From: Rhodospirillales bacterium | Lineage (GTDB): Bacteria; Pseudomonadota; Alphaproteobacteria; Bin95 | Length of the DNA: 64,000 nt | Reading direction: 5' to 3' | NCBI GenBank assembly: GCA_038143065.1 | Contig: JAYQLI010000035.1 | Location: 512,001 to 576,000 of the forward strand | In this document: piece by piece, positions 44,535 to 55,304 of the stretch | Numbering within the stretch: position 1 is the first letter of the stretch | Layout: each line of letters begins with the position of its first letter | Position numbers and translations under genes: made by a program | Notes under the pieces: model-generated | The model's input: only the letters and a program-made list of their open reading frames with translations | The model's database searches: none | Told to the model about the DNA's origin: nothing

Positions 44535-45461
44535 TCAGTCTGCCTGGAAGCGCCCCGTGGCTTTGGTTTGAGCTATTGCATCTTGCGTAGTCATATTACG
44601 AATAGCACGTTGAACTTTTTCAAATGCCCGGACTTCAATTTGGCGCACACGCTCACGGCTTACACCAAAATCCTTTGAAAGATCTTCCAATGTAACCGGA
44701 TCGTCGCGGAGCCGGCGTTCTGTAAATATATGACGCTCGCGTTCTGTTAAAGTGGCCATAGCTGCTTCTAGCATGCTGCGACGGTGATCTAATTCATCTG
44801 CCTCCGCCACAACGATGTCTTGAGTATCGCTGTCATCAACTAACCAATCCTGCCATTCGGCTTCGCCATCCTGGCGCATAGGGGCATTTAAAGATTGGTC
44901 TCCACCTGACATACGGCGGTTCATTTGAACCACATCGTCTTCGGAAACTGCCAGTGTTGTCGCGATCTGTTTCACACTTTCGGGAGCAAGATCTCCGTCA
45001 TCAATCTCCTTTATCTGCCCTTTTAACCGGCGAAGATTGAAGAAGAGCTTTTTTTGAGCCGCAGTTGTTCCCATTTTAACAAGCGACCATGAATAAAGGA
45101 TGTATTCTTGGATTGAGGCTCTGATCCACCACATTGCGTAAGTAGAAAGTCTAAATCCCTTCTCCGGTTCAAACCTTTTTACCGCCTGCATCATCCCGAC
45201 ATTCCCCTCAGAGATGAGCTCGGCAATCGGAAGACCATAGCCGCGGTAACCCATTGCAATCTTTGCAACAAGTCTAAGATGGCTCGTTACCATTTTGTGA
45301 ACTGCATCCACATCGCCATGCTCTTTCCAACGCTTGGCGAGCATGTATTCTTCGTCAGCAGCGAGCATAGGAAATTTACGGATTTCAGAGAGATATCTTT
45401 GTAGATTGCCATCCGCCGAGAGCGTAGGCACACTCGAGATTGTATCTGCGCTATTACTCAT
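44535..45461 (-). CDS. rpoH: RNA polymerase heat-shock sigma factor sigma-32
   Basis: SHLRLVAKIAMGYRGYGLP, RpoH box QKKLFFNLR, GVSRERVRQIE. Confidence 0.98.
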   Translation of the reverse strand: MSNSADTISSVPTLSADGNLQRYLSEIRKFPMLAADEEYMLAKRWKEHGDVDAVHKMVTSHLRLVAKIAMGYRGYGLPIAELISEGNVGMMQAVKRFEPEKGFRLSTYAMWWIRASIQEYILYSWSLVKMGTTAAQKKLFFNLRRLKGQIKEIDDGDLAPESVKQIATTLAVSEDDVVQMNRRMSGGDQSLNAPMRQDGEAEWQDWLVDDSDTQDIVVAEADELDHRRSMLEAAMATLTERERHIFTERRLRDDPVTLEDLSKDFGVSRERVRQIEVRAFEKVQRAIRNMTTQDAIAQTKATGRFQAD

Positions 45462-45529
45462 AACTCTTTACCTTCTAGCCATTGATGCGGCCTAGAACCA
45501 AGTCATCCTTACCATTAAGCAATGACACC

Positions 45530-46516
45530 CTATAAATGCGGTTTTTGTATGGCTTGTTCAAGTACTTCTTCTAAAATTTCTAGGTCAGGTGGCGTTTTAC
45601 TTAAAAAACTCAAGGTTTCGCCGGTCAATGGATGTTCAAACCCTAGAAGGCGCGCGTGCAAAGCTTGTCTTTTAAATGACGTAACAGAGTCCCGTGCTTC
45701 TGGTGTTAATTGACTGCGACGGGCAGGAGTAACTTTTCCATAAACAGGGTCGCCTATAAGAGGCCATCCAATGTGAGACATATGCACACGAATTTGATGT
45801 GTTCGACCAGTTTCAAGCCTGCATTCTAATTTAGCAGCAGCCAGGCCAAAACTCCTCTTTACGCTATAGTGCGTGATGGCCCTTTTGCCTGGAGTGCCTC
45901 CAACCGCCATGCGTTTTCTATCAGTACGATGACGTCCAATAGTAGTCTCTATGGAGCCATTGGATGGAGAGGGTAAGCCCCAGACATAGGCCGTGTATGC
46001 TCTTTCTGCTGTATGCGCATGAAACTGCTCTGCAAGACCATGATGGGCAGCGTCTGTTTTAGCAATAACAAGCAAGCCGCTTGTATCTTTATCAATCCGA
46101 TGAACAATTCCTGGCCGTTTAACTCCGCCAATTCCTGATAAACTATCACCGCAATGTGCTAATAGGGCGTTAACCAGTGTTCCAGTCTCTTGACCAGGTG
46201 CCGGATGTACGGTCATTCCAGCTGCTTTATCAACTACAATTAGAGAGTTATCTTCAAAAACTACGTTCAGTTCGATTTCTTCCGCAGAAGGCATTGCTGG
46301 GGCAGGAGGTGGGGGCAATGCGGTGAAGACATCTCCTTCCCTTGTTTTATCTGATGGGCGGAATTTAATTCCATAATGCTCCGAGTGCACATAGCCATGT
46401 GTGATTAAATTCGTAATTCGTGCACGAGAAAACTCTGGCCAAGCATCAGCTAAAAAGCGATCAATCCGCTTGCCTGCATATTCGTCACCAACAATTGCTG
46501 TAAAGGTCGTTGTCAT
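45530..46516 (-). CDS. rluD: RluA-family 23S rRNA pseudouridine synthase
   Basis: S4-like N-terminus, VHPAPG, GIVHRIDKDTSG, LETGRTHQIRVH, RQALHA. Confidence 0.93.
   Translation of the reverse strand: MTTTFTAIVGDEYAGKRIDRFLADAWPEFSRARITNLITHGYVHSEHYGIKFRPSDKTREGDVFTALPPPPAPAMPSAEEIELNVVFEDNSLIVVDKAAGMTVHPAPGQETGTLVNALLAHCGDSLSGIGGVKRPGIVHRIDKDTSGLLVIAKTDAAHHGLAEQFHAHTAERAYTAYVWGLPSPSNGSIETTIGRHRTDRKRMAVGGTPGKRAITHYSVKRSFGLAAAKLECRLETGRTHQIRVHMSHIGWPLIGDPVYGKVTPARRSQLTPEARDSVTSFKRQALHARLLGFEHPLTGETLSFLSKTPPDLEILEEVLEQAIQKPHL
45533..45562 (-). promoter_or_regulatory. Candidate sigma-32 promoter upstream of rpoH (autoregulation), inside the 3' end of rluD
   Basis: Minus strand CTTGAA-N15-CCGCATTTA resembles CTTGAA...CCCCATNT. 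Confidence 0.55.
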
Positions 46517-46616
46517 GATTTTATTTAATATTAAAGAACACATGATGGCGAAAGAGATAATCTATGGGCTATAAATATGGCCTGCCGCTAATTCGTGATG
46601 GGATTCGAGAGATATA

Positions 46617-46907
46617 ATGGCCTGGGTTAAAGGGTTAGTGATTGGGATGGGGTTACTGCTCTTGGCGGGTTTTGCCGTCATAGTCGTAACGTTGATCAAT
46701 CGAATTGGATCTAGCGATACTCAGGTAGATAGCGCTAATCAGGCAGAACTCACGATGAAGACGGGTGAGCGTCTTATCGAAATCTCGCTTGATGGAGCAA
46801 ATATATTGTTTCATTTTGAGGGCCCAGACGGAGCCCGGGTTGTGGTTCGGAAACTATCTAATGGGGCTAAGGTTTCCGAATTTAACATCCGCGGTGATAT
46901 AAAATAG
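46617..46907 (+). CDS. Small single-TM conserved alphaproteobacterial protein
   Basis: KGLVIGMGLLLLAGFAVIVVTLINR; usual position divergent from rluD. Confidence 0.7.
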   Translation: MAWVKGLVIGMGLLLLAGFAVIVVTLINRIGSSDTQVDSANQAELTMKTGERLIEISLDGANILFHFEGPDGARVVVRKLSNGAKVSEFNIRGDIK

Positions 46908-46917
46908 TTTTTCTGGA

Positions 46918-47475
46918 ATGATTGAAGGGTTTGACAATTCCCCAGCTGGGCTTGCTGAGTTAATTCAGCGTGTAGGGCAGTCCCGTGACAAAGCTGCCTT
47001 TGCAGACTTATTCAATTAATTTGCACCGAGAGTAAAATCTTATATGCGTCGCTTAGGTGCCGACGACGCGCAGTCTGAAGAACTGATGCAAGAAGCTATG
47101 ATTATGGTTTGGCGACGAGCCAATACTTACGATCCAGCTCGTGCTGCTCCGTCAACTTGGATTTTTACGATTGCGCGGAACAAGCGAATTGATGGTCTTA
47201 GGCGGGTAGCCTTTCCTGAAATTGATCCCAACGATCCGACCATAACTACTGCCCCAGAACAGCCAGATGATATTGTTTCAGGCTTAGAGGTTGCCAAGCA
47301 GATGCAGGAAGTAATTAAAACTCTTCCTGATGATCAGGCTGAAGCAATCAGGCTTGCCTACTATGAAGGTCTGTCACAATCTGAGATTGCGTCAAAATTA
47401 GGAATACCACTAGGAACGGTTAAGTCGCGCCTCCGACTAGCCTTGCAGCGCTTACGGGGTAGGTTGGCCGATTAA
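46918..47475 (+). CDS. ECF sigma factor, RpoE (ECF11)-like, interrupted by in-frame TAA at 47017-47019
   Basis: RDKAAFADLFN*FAPRVKSY, VWRRA..YDPARA..STWIFTIARNKRID, region 4 SQSEIA..LGIPLGTVKSRLRLA. Confidence 0.85.
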
Positions 47476-47562
47476 AAAACTCTCCTAAAGGCTTTTTAGA
47501 AGAACGATATTCTGTAAGAGTAATTTCGCAATTTTGCGTTATTTCTTCTGAGGATAATCGTT

Positions 47563-47877
47563 ATGGCAAAAACCAAAGCTAAAAATGCCTATGAACTCGT
47601 TCCACAATTAGGAAAGCTTCGCGACGAAGTCTTATTCGGGGATGTTTGGGAGCAGGCAGAACTCTCTAAACGTGACAGGAGTCTGGTTACCTCTGCAATT
47701 TTGGCAGCTTTATACCGGACCTCTGAATTAGAGGGTCATATGCAAAGAGCGCTGGATAATGGCGTAACGCAGGATGAACTTAGGGGTTTAATCACGCACA
47801 CAGCTTTCTATGCAGGGTGGCCATGTGCCGTTAATGCGGGCCGAGTGGGACTAAAGATTTTTGAGGATGATCAATAA
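47563..47877 (+). CDS. Carboxymuconolactone decarboxylase (CMD/AhpD) family protein
   Basis: VLFGDVW...LSKRDRSLVT, H..RALDNG, HTAFYAGWP. Confidence 0.9.
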   Translation: MAKTKAKNAYELVPQLGKLRDEVLFGDVWEQAELSKRDRSLVTSAILAALYRTSELEGHMQRALDNGVTQDELRGLITHTAFYAGWPCAVNAGRVGLKIFEDDQ

Positions 47878-47891
47878 CATTAAATAGGTTC

Positions 47892-47923
47892 CCCAATGCG
47901 CTCAGATATCTCTGAGCGCTGGG
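47892..47923 (+). terminator. Hairpin after CMD gene (possible terminator or 3' stabiliser)
   Basis: GCGCTCAGA-TATC-TCTGAGCGC, extendable by CCCA/TGGG; no clear U-tract. Confidence 0.45.
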
Positions 47924-48038
47924 CAGCATATGTTTATAGTTTTGAGAAAAAAGCTGTGTCTCAATGTTATAAGCTTGGAATCACCTTCGAACATCCAGCA
48001 ATACTTTTATTAATTAAGCCTATGGAGTTTTTAAACGG

Positions 48039-49012
48039 ATGAAACCCCGCATTCTATTTGTTACAGACTTTCCCGCGGCAGCAGAATTCGGTAAAGAATT
48101 AGCGCCATCCGGTTATGAACTAATAATCGCTGAAGCCGGCACAAATGAATATGATAATGCTCTTCCGGAGGCAGATTTCCTCGTCGGTTTCGTCGATAAG
48201 TTAGTAAAGCCAGATTTATTTGCAGTCGGGAAAAAATTGAAACTGATCCAATTGCTTAGTGCTGGTTATGATAATGCCGATATTGAAGCAGCACGTAGTG
48301 CTAGAGTTCCAATTTGTAACAATGGCGGCGCAAATTCCGTCGCGGTTTCAGAGCATGCAGTATTGCTCATGCTGGCAGTCTCGCGACAACTTATAAAACA
48401 GCATGAAAATGTGCGGGGAGGACGTTGGCGGGGTAATTCTGCGCCGACCGTTCATGAACTTAGGGGTAAAACCCTTGGTATAGTTGGCCTCGGTAGTATT
48501 GGTAAAAAAACTGCGCGGTTAGCTCAGGCATTCGGAATGCCGGTAATTTATAATGATATTCAACGCCTCTCAGAGGCAGAGGAAGATGCTCTTGGTTTGA
48601 GGTTCCGATTGTTCCGAGAGCTTCTTCGAGAAGCGGACCTCGTTAGCTTGCATGTCCCCTTGAATGAGACAACCAGGGATTGGTAGGGCGTGATGAATTA
48701 ATGGAAATGGGAAAAGACGCAATCTTAATAAATACAAGTCGTGGACCAGTTGTAGATGAGTTAGCTTTAACAGAAGCATTGCAATCCGGTGTAATCGCTG
48801 CCGCTGGCCTTGATGTATTTGAAGAAGAACCTACTCCGCCAGATAATCCACTTTTACAACTCGATAACGTAACACTTACCGCCCACATGGCCGGACCAAC
48901 CTTTGAAAGCCATAAAGCGCGGGTACGTAATGCTTTTGATAATGTTGAGCGCGTTCAACGCAGTGAGACCGCTTTATGGATTATCGATGAGTTAGCTGAA
49001 TTGCGCGGATGA
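48039..49012 (+). CDS. D-isomer-specific 2-hydroxyacid dehydrogenase; indel near 48678
   Basis: GIVGLGSIG, SLHVPL, INTSRGPVVDE, AGLDVFEEEP, TAHMAG. Confidence 0.92.
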
Positions 49013-49881
49013 GATCACGTTCTGTCATTAGGGTAGTAAATTCTAATAAATTGACCGAAGGAGAAGGTTTTCCAATTCGCAGGCCTTTTCCCATAAGCAC
49101 GTGTGAAGATTTTGATCCTTTTTTGATGTTAGATGAAGTGGGGCCAGTTGAATGGTCTCCTGGTAACGCACTTGGTGCTCCGGATCATCCTCATCGCGGA
49201 TTTGAAACGATTTCATATGTTTTGTCGGGAGAAAAACTCCACGAAGACTCAACTGGTAAAACGCAAATTATAAGTTCGGGTGATGTGCAGTGGATGACCG
49301 CTGGGGCGGGAATAGTTCATTCCGAAATGCCTAGTCCTGAATTCAAGGCTACTGGTGGTAGAGCACATAGTTTTCAAATTTGGGTAAATTTGCCGGCGTC
49401 TCATAAACATGCAAGCCCTGGTTACCAATATGTGAGTAGTTCAGATATTCCAATTGCTGAAGACAACGGTATATCAGTGAAGGTTATTGCCGGAGAGGTG
49501 TTTGGCGTAGCGGCTAAGATTGGCACCCACACTCCAGTCTGGCTGCAGGATTGGCGAGTTACTACTGGAGCAAGTCAGACAGTTTTAACTCCTCCCGAAT
49601 TTAACATAGCGCTCTACGTTTTTGAGGGAGCTATATCTGTTGGTGAGGAGCAAACAAGAGTGCTAGATGGGCAAATGGCTATCTTAGGTGAGGGGACAGA
49701 GCTCTCTCTTCAGGCAGAGAAGGAAAATGGACGATTTCTCCTTTTAGCTGGCATGCCTCTCAATGAACCAGTAGCCCGCTATGGTCCATTTGTTATGAAC
49801 ACAAAGGATGAATTGATTACGGCGTTTGAGGACTATCAGGCTGGCATTCAACGTCTTGGTATTTCCAGCATTCAACGTTAA
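49009..49881 (+). CDS. Pirin family protein
   Basis: DPFLMLD, HPHRGFET, VQWMTAGAGIVHSE, FQIWVNLP, YGPFVMN. Confidence 0.95.
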   Translation: MRSRSVIRVVNSNKLTEGEGFPIRRPFPISTCEDFDPFLMLDEVGPVEWSPGNALGAPDHPHRGFETISYVLSGEKLHEDSTGKTQIISSGDVQWMTAGAGIVHSEMPSPEFKATGGRAHSFQIWVNLPASHKHASPGYQYVSSSDIPIAEDNGISVKVIAGEVFGVAAKIGTHTPVWLQDWRVTTGASQTVLTPPEFNIALYVFEGAISVGEEQTRVLDGQMAILGEGTELSLQAEKENGRFLLLAGMPLNEPVARYGPFVMNTKDELITAFEDYQAGIQRLGISSIQR

Positions 49882-49906
49882 GTTATTTAGGAGCGCGACT
49901 TAGGCC

Positions 49907-50315
49907 TTATTTCCCAGTTAGCTGTGGTGCTCCAAAGCGTGGGTATCAAAACCCGCATTTTTAGTCGATCCAGTCAAGATTTTGTGGAGTTTCACGAGCC
50001 CAGGTGCGCTTGAGGTCATCACGAACATTGATGGTCAGGCGACGTCAGCAGCACACATTTCGAGGCCTTCAATTTCAACTTCTACCTTGTCTCCATCCTG
50101 AAATGTTCCGTTAAGGCCCCGATGATTTGTGCCAGTAGCGATAATATCTAGGCAGAGGGGGCAGCTTCAAAGCGTGAATAGATGTGATCCACTTCACCAC
50201 TTCAGGAAACTTCTGGCCCAGTATGAGGTATGTCATTCACGATATCGGTTACATCAACAACACCATCGCCTTTTACCACGCCCAACTTAAAGTCGTTAAA
50301 GTAACAAATGCGCAT
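49907..50315 (-). pseudogene. Fumarylacetoacetate-hydrolase family gene remnant with a large internal deletion and multiple indels
   Basis: Start MRICYFNDFKLGVVKGDGVVDVTDIVNDIPHTGP jumps directly to C-terminal pieces KFPEVVKWITSIHAL, DIIATGTNHRGL, DGDKVEVEIEGL, RLTINVRDDLKRTWARET, PQLTGK. Confidence 0.75.
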
Positions 50316-50360
50316 CTTGCGTCCCTCTCATTTTCTATAGTTTGAGCTCAGTGCTGGTTT

Positions 50361-51554
50361 TTATTGTGATGCAATTCGGTTGCGCATAGCGGAGAGCCAA
50401 AGTGCTGCAATTAAGGACAAAATTAAGAGCGGTAATGCGCCGAGATTTACCCAGGTCCATCCAAAGGCATGCATCAGCCCTCCAGAGGAGATGGCTCCGA
50501 TCGCCACAACTGTGAAAATTATAAAGTTTGTAGCCGCTTGAGTTTTTGCTCTTTCAGCTGCGGTATGCGCTTCAGTAAGTAGGTTCGTTGAAGCAGTAAA
50601 CGCAAAATTCCATCCTAAGCCTAGAAGTGCCATTGCTGCCCAAAAATGGATGACTTGTTCTCCGGCCAGAGCGATTAGGATACAAATAGCCTGAATTGTA
50701 ATTCCTACAGCAATGACTTTAATCGCCCCTAAGCGCTTTATAAACGCCCCTGTAAAGAACCCTGGCGCATACATAAAAAAGATATGCCATTCTATTACTA
50801 ATGCCGTTGATGAGAACATGTGATCCGCATGTTTCATAGCTAATGGCGTTGATGTCATCAGAAGGTTCATGACTGCCTGGGCAACAGTTGCACAGAGGGT
50901 GGCAACAATGAAAACTGGCTGAGCCATGATTGCCAATATTCCACGGCCACCAACTTTCCGTTCTTCTTGACTAAGATTAGGAATATCAACAGCCATAACG
51001 ACTATTCCACCAATCAAAGTTAGGACAACTAGAAAGGCATACGAGGCCATAAATGGCCGATTTTCGACCATGTGTTGGCCTAGTTTTGCAAGCTCTGGCC
51101 CGACAAAGGCAGCTACTAGGCCGCCTGTAAGAACTAGGGAAATTGACTTACTTTTGAAATCATCTGAGGCGACATCAGCGGCCGCAAACCTATATAGTTG
51201 GGCAAAGCCAGAAAATAAGCCAAATAAAAAGGCTCCAACGCAGAAGGAAGTGAAATCTTCTGTTTCGATACCCCAAATACAAAGAAGTCCTCCGATAACT
51301 CCAATAGCAGAACCGCAGGAAAATCCGGGTCCGCGTCCAATTCGGCGCATAAGGAGTGAGGCAGGAACACTGGCGGCAGCAGTTCCAGCAACGGCTAGAA
51401 ATATAGGTACCGTCGCAAGTGCTTTATTCGGAGCGATTACATAACCAATGAGTGGGCTCGTAGCTACAAGAAGCGATCGCCCTGAATTGTAAAGCATTTG
51501 GCAGGTTGCAAGGACAAAGACATTCCGCCAGTCCCGTGACTTAAAACTTATCAT
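50361..51554 (-). CDS. MFS transporter
   Basis: About 12 TM helices; MRRIGR, QLYRFAAAD, LLGLGWNF. Confidence 0.9.
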   Translation of the reverse strand: MISFKSRDWRNVFVLATCQMLYNSGRSLLVATSPLIGYVIAPNKALATVPIFLAVAGTAAASVPASLLMRRIGRGPGFSCGSAIGVIGGLLCIWGIETEDFTSFCVGAFLFGLFSGFAQLYRFAAADVASDDFKSKSISLVLTGGLVAAFVGPELAKLGQHMVENRPFMASYAFLVVLTLIGGIVVMAVDIPNLSQEERKVGGRGILAIMAQPVFIVATLCATVAQAVMNLLMTSTPLAMKHADHMFSSTALVIEWHIFFMYAPGFFTGAFIKRLGAIKVIAVGITIQAICILIALAGEQVIHFWAAMALLGLGWNFAFTASTNLLTEAHTAAERAKTQAATNFIIFTVVAIGAISSGGLMHAFGWTWVNLGALPLLILSLIAALWLSAMRNRIASQ

Positions 51555-51565
51555 TAATTAGATGC

Positions 51566-52342
51566 CTACTTACCTTTAAAAACTGGGGATCGCTTATCTG
51601 CAAATGCGCGCATTGCTTCTTTTGAATCTTCGTATTTCCCAAGCTCTCCTGTCATGCTCTGCTCGAAGCGATAACCATCACGCAGACTCATTTCTTCAAT
51701 TGTGTTGAGGGCATGCTTTGCAAGCGTCATCGCTATTGGACTTTTTGATGAAATATCTGCAGCCATAGCCTGGGCGGCTTCTAAAAGTTTCTCACTTGGC
51801 TCCACTGATTCCACTACGCCTAATCGGTATAATTCATCAGCGGGAACTCGGTATCCTGTAAACATCATCCGTCTAGTTAGAGAATGACCAAAGAGACGCA
51901 TGGCATGTCGTCCACCTCCTAAAAGGCCAACATTGATTTCAGGTAGACCAAGTGATCCACGCTCACCGGCTATTAAGATGTCGCAGGATGCTGCAATAGC
52001 GAGACCAGCTCCAAGTGCAGGACCATTTAGTGCGCATATCACGGGTTTTTTGCACTCAACGATGCTATGGAAAGTTTCTCTCGCGCGACGGCTACCTTGC
52101 CAATGGTCCCCTGGTTTGGGAGAAAGACCAGCACGAGCTTTTATATCTGCACCTGCGCAAAATATTTTACCTGCGCCTGTTAAAACAATGGATCGAACAT
52201 CTTCCATGTCACTTAGACGATCAAAAGCTAGGATGAGTTCGTCCATGAACAATGGACTCAATGCATTCACTGGTGGATTTTGCATCGTAACAGTCGCAAC
52301 AAAATCTTTAATCTCGACTTTAACGGCAGTGAGATCGTCCAT
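51566..52342 (-). CDS. Enoyl-CoA hydratase/isomerase family protein
   Basis: NPPVNAL, FCAGADI, GPALGAG, LPEINVG, AFADKR.P.F. Confidence 0.92.
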   Translation of the reverse strand: MDDLTAVKVEIKDFVATVTMQNPPVNALSPLFMDELILAFDRLSDMEDVRSIVLTGAGKIFCAGADIKARAGLSPKPGDHWQGSRRARETFHSIVECKKPVICALNGPALGAGLAIAASCDILIAGERGSLGLPEINVGLLGGGRHAMRLFGHSLTRRMMFTGYRVPADELYRLGVVESVEPSEKLLEAAQAMAADISSKSPIAMTLAKHALNTIEEMSLRDGYRFEQSMTGELGKYEDSKEAMRAFADKRSPVFKGK

Positions 52343-52458
52343 GAAGTACCTCCCCAATGTTTGCAGTTAGAACAATAGCGTACAGAACCCAGATTTAAGA
52401 ACTACTATCATTTAAAAGTAAGTAATAGGCTTCATTCTCTCAGTTAAGGAGCGATAAA

Positions 52459-53223
52459 ATGGGACGAGTTCATGGAAAGGTATCTCTAATAACCGGTGGG
52501 GGCTCCGGAATTGGGCGAGCCTCAGCTATTCTTTTAGCAAGAGAAGGTGCGAGTGTTGTTGTTACGGATTTAAATAAAGATAGCGCGGAGAAAACCGCCA
52601 ATTTAATTGCTGAAACCGGAGGCAGATCTAGATGGATGCAACAGGACACTACCGATGAGAAGCAATGGTTAGACGTTATTGGGTCAATTCGTAAACATGA
52701 AGGCAGTCTGCATATTCTTTTAAATAACGCCGGCGTTAGTAACGGCGGGAGACTTCTTAAAGATACTTCTTTAAACGATTGGCGATATGTGAATTCCGCA
52801 AATGTTGAGGGAGTTTATCTCGGTACTAAATATGGAATAGAACTTATGGAAGAAGATGGAACCGGCGGATCCATTATTAATATTTCGTCAATTTATGGAA
52901 AAGTAGGTGCCGTCGGCTCAGTTGCCTATAATGCGAGTAAAGGGGCAGTTTGCGTTTTGAGCAAAGGTGCTGCTCTGGAATGTGGGAAGGCGGGCAATAA
53001 TATTCGTGTAAACACTATTCATCCTGGTTTTATTGAAACAGGGATGACCAGAGAGAGATTGGCTAATGACACCACACGCAAGTGGTCGCTTTCCCGCACC
53101 CCAATTGGACGTTTAGGACAACCTGAGGATATTGCGAATGGTGTCCTTTATCTCGCAAGCGACGAAAGCTCGTTTGTAACTGGAGCGGAACTAGTCATCG
53201 ATGGTGGCTTTACAGCGGTTTAG
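52459..53223 (+). CDS. Short-chain dehydrogenase/reductase (3-beta/3-alpha,20-beta-HSD or cyclopentanol DH-like)
   Basis: TGGGSGIG, NNAG, YNASK, RVNTIHPGFIET, FVTGAELVIDGG. Confidence 0.92.
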   Translation: MGRVHGKVSLITGGGSGIGRASAILLAREGASVVVTDLNKDSAEKTANLIAETGGRSRWMQQDTTDEKQWLDVIGSIRKHEGSLHILLNNAGVSNGGRLLKDTSLNDWRYVNSANVEGVYLGTKYGIELMEEDGTGGSIINISSIYGKVGAVGSVAYNASKGAVCVLSKGAALECGKAGNNIRVNTIHPGFIETGMTRERLANDTTRKWSLSRTPIGRLGQPEDIANGVLYLASDESSFVTGAELVIDGGFTAV

Positions 53224-53350
53224 GAAGTTTCATTCGTCTAAGGCCCAAGCGCACCATGCTTTGATAATACCAGCACACTGAATGTTTGTTGAATTCCAAA
53301 CTGGTTTTGGTTTCCAAAGAATAAATTTTTTCAGAAACGACTATTTAACT

Positions 53351-53884
53351 TTAGCTGGGATAACGGGTCTGGTGCACTGGCTTAAAAAGACGGACTGTCC
53401 AGCCAGATTTTGCTTCAATATTTGGTGGCGATACTTCATTTCCTCCAATCAAAGCACCTCGTTCTACTAACGTCGCATCGAGACCTATGATGTTCAGGGG
53501 TGCAAAGCCCTCTGGTAGTGATGGAGCATCTGACGTGTGGCGATCAATCAGCATCAACCAACCATCCTCGGAAACATCCATATCTGACAGGGGGCCTTCA
53601 ACTAAATTACGATCCCAATTCGTCATCTTTGCCCTGAAGACGGGATCCACTGAATTTCTGCCCGCACGAGAGGTGTAAGTCTCCCGCGTGAGTACTTTAT
53701 CGTCTTTAAGGCGGTAAATAGCCATAAATGGCGCTTTAGCATCAGGTGCGCACTCATACCGTTGGGCAGTTTCAAAGCCCTCTATAGTTAGGAGCATAGA
53801 AATATGCTTGGAATAAAAATCATTAAACTCAGCTCGGTCTTCGTCGAGGGGATAATGCATTTCGACCATGTAAAAAACACTCAT
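53351..53884 (-). CDS. Hypothetical protein with EthD/Dabb-like N-terminal motif
   Basis: EFNDFYSKHISMLLTIEGF..AQRY...FMAIY pattern; operonic with upstream flavoprotein. Confidence 0.6.
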   Translation of the reverse strand: MSVFYMVEMHYPLDEDRAEFNDFYSKHISMLLTIEGFETAQRYECAPDAKAPFMAIYRLKDDKVLTRETYTSRAGRNSVDPVFRAKMTNWDRNLVEGPLSDMDVSEDGWLMLIDRHTSDAPSLPEGFAPLNIIGLDATLVERGALIGGNEVSPPNIEAKSGWTVRLFKPVHQTRYPS

Positions 53885-53885
53885 A

Positions 53886-55304
53886 CTAACGCTCCTTTGC
53901 TATAGATTCTGCAGCGCGCAGCCCTGTAATAACTGCTTTTGCAAGGCCTCCGATATAAGCGGACGATTTTTCCTCCTTCTATACCGCCGGATGCAGAACC
54001 AACTGCATAAAGCCCTGGAATTGGGTCCCCGACTTCACTCAATGCACGCGCATCCCGATTTATGGCAATGCCACCCATGGTGTACGTAATTCCAGCAATC
54101 ACTGGAATAGCTCTGAATGGCTGTTTGCGTATTGGCTCAGGCTTAAAGGTTTGAGGCGATCTTTGAGGTAATAAATTACTGAAATTTTCGGTATCGACGG
54201 CATCATTCCATGTTTCTACGGTATGGCTCAGGCCATCAGGATTGATACCAAGTTGTATTGCAAGTTCACTTAAGGTTGGTGCACTAAGAACTTTTCCTCC
54301 AGCGTTTTCATAAACAGGATTCATGCAAGGAGGATAGCGATTATCTGCCGCTACACCGGTCCATGTTTCCTCATCAAAGATTACTACTGAGGATAGGGAT
54401 CAACCAATCGGGCAACCGCATTAGCCATAGAAACACCACCTAGTCCTTCGTCTGTGAACCTCTGACCAGCTTGGTTAACTAAGATTGCTGAACGTGCAAT
54501 TGTATCCACTACAGGGTAGGGCCAAAGCTTAGGGTTTTGAATTGCATCGCGGCCAAGTAAGTGTCCGTAAAAGCTATCAAGGCCTACTAGAGCCGCCCCG
54601 GCTGTTTCAGCGATTTTCAATCCATCGCCCATGCCAGTGCCGCCACCGCGTTGCAGTAGTGCATCAGGGTTTGGAGATATATAGCGTTGCATCAACTCCA
54701 TATTTGCCTGAAATCCGCCATCAGCAATTACTACCGCTGGCGCTCTTATCTTTTCTTTCCCTTGTGGTCCGTCGACAATAACTCCAACCACACAATTATT
54801 TTGAATTATTGGTTCTATTGCTCGCCACCCTAATCTTGGAGCAGCTTGTGCTTTTTGAAGAGCCTCTGTTAACCGGCGTAAAAGCACATCTGGACCCCGG
54901 CCTTTCCAATCAAGACCCGCGCCTCGAGGTCGTGGAGGAGCCAACATCCAGCGCATGAATTCTGGCTGTCCACCTTTGATAAATTTTCCACGTTCCTGTC
55001 TCAACCAGGTGAGAGCTTTGGCAGCGTCCTCTGCCATGATGCTTTGGACATTGTCACTACCAGGATGAGGCTGGATCGGGTCTCCCGACGCCTTTACAGC
55101 TGCTTCAATATCTTCAACGGGCTTAGTGACGTCTTTAAAAGCAACGTGAAAGAGCCCTCCCGAATATCGAGAATTACAGGCATAATCTGTTTCTTTACCT
55201 TTTTCTAAGACGATTGGGCGTAGGCCTAATTCTAAAGCTCTGTTGGCTGTTGTAAGTCCAGCTAGACCGCCACCAATAATTATTAAATCAGCATCCATTA
55301 TCAT
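53886..55304 (-). CDS. FAD-binding flavoprotein of the fumarate reductase / TcuA / ketosteroid dehydrogenase superfamily; indels
   Basis: IIGGGLAG, NSRYSGG, VVIADGGFQAN, GDGL, LVNQAGQRFTDE, GITYTMGGI, PIPGLYAVG. Confidence 0.88.

Noticed and set aside
29359-47019. Stop-codon reassignment suggested by in-frame TAG (lolE) and TAA (ECF sigma)
   Set aside because: Only two cases with different codons; TAG and TAA end well-defined genes such as metK and proS; no suppressor tRNA seen
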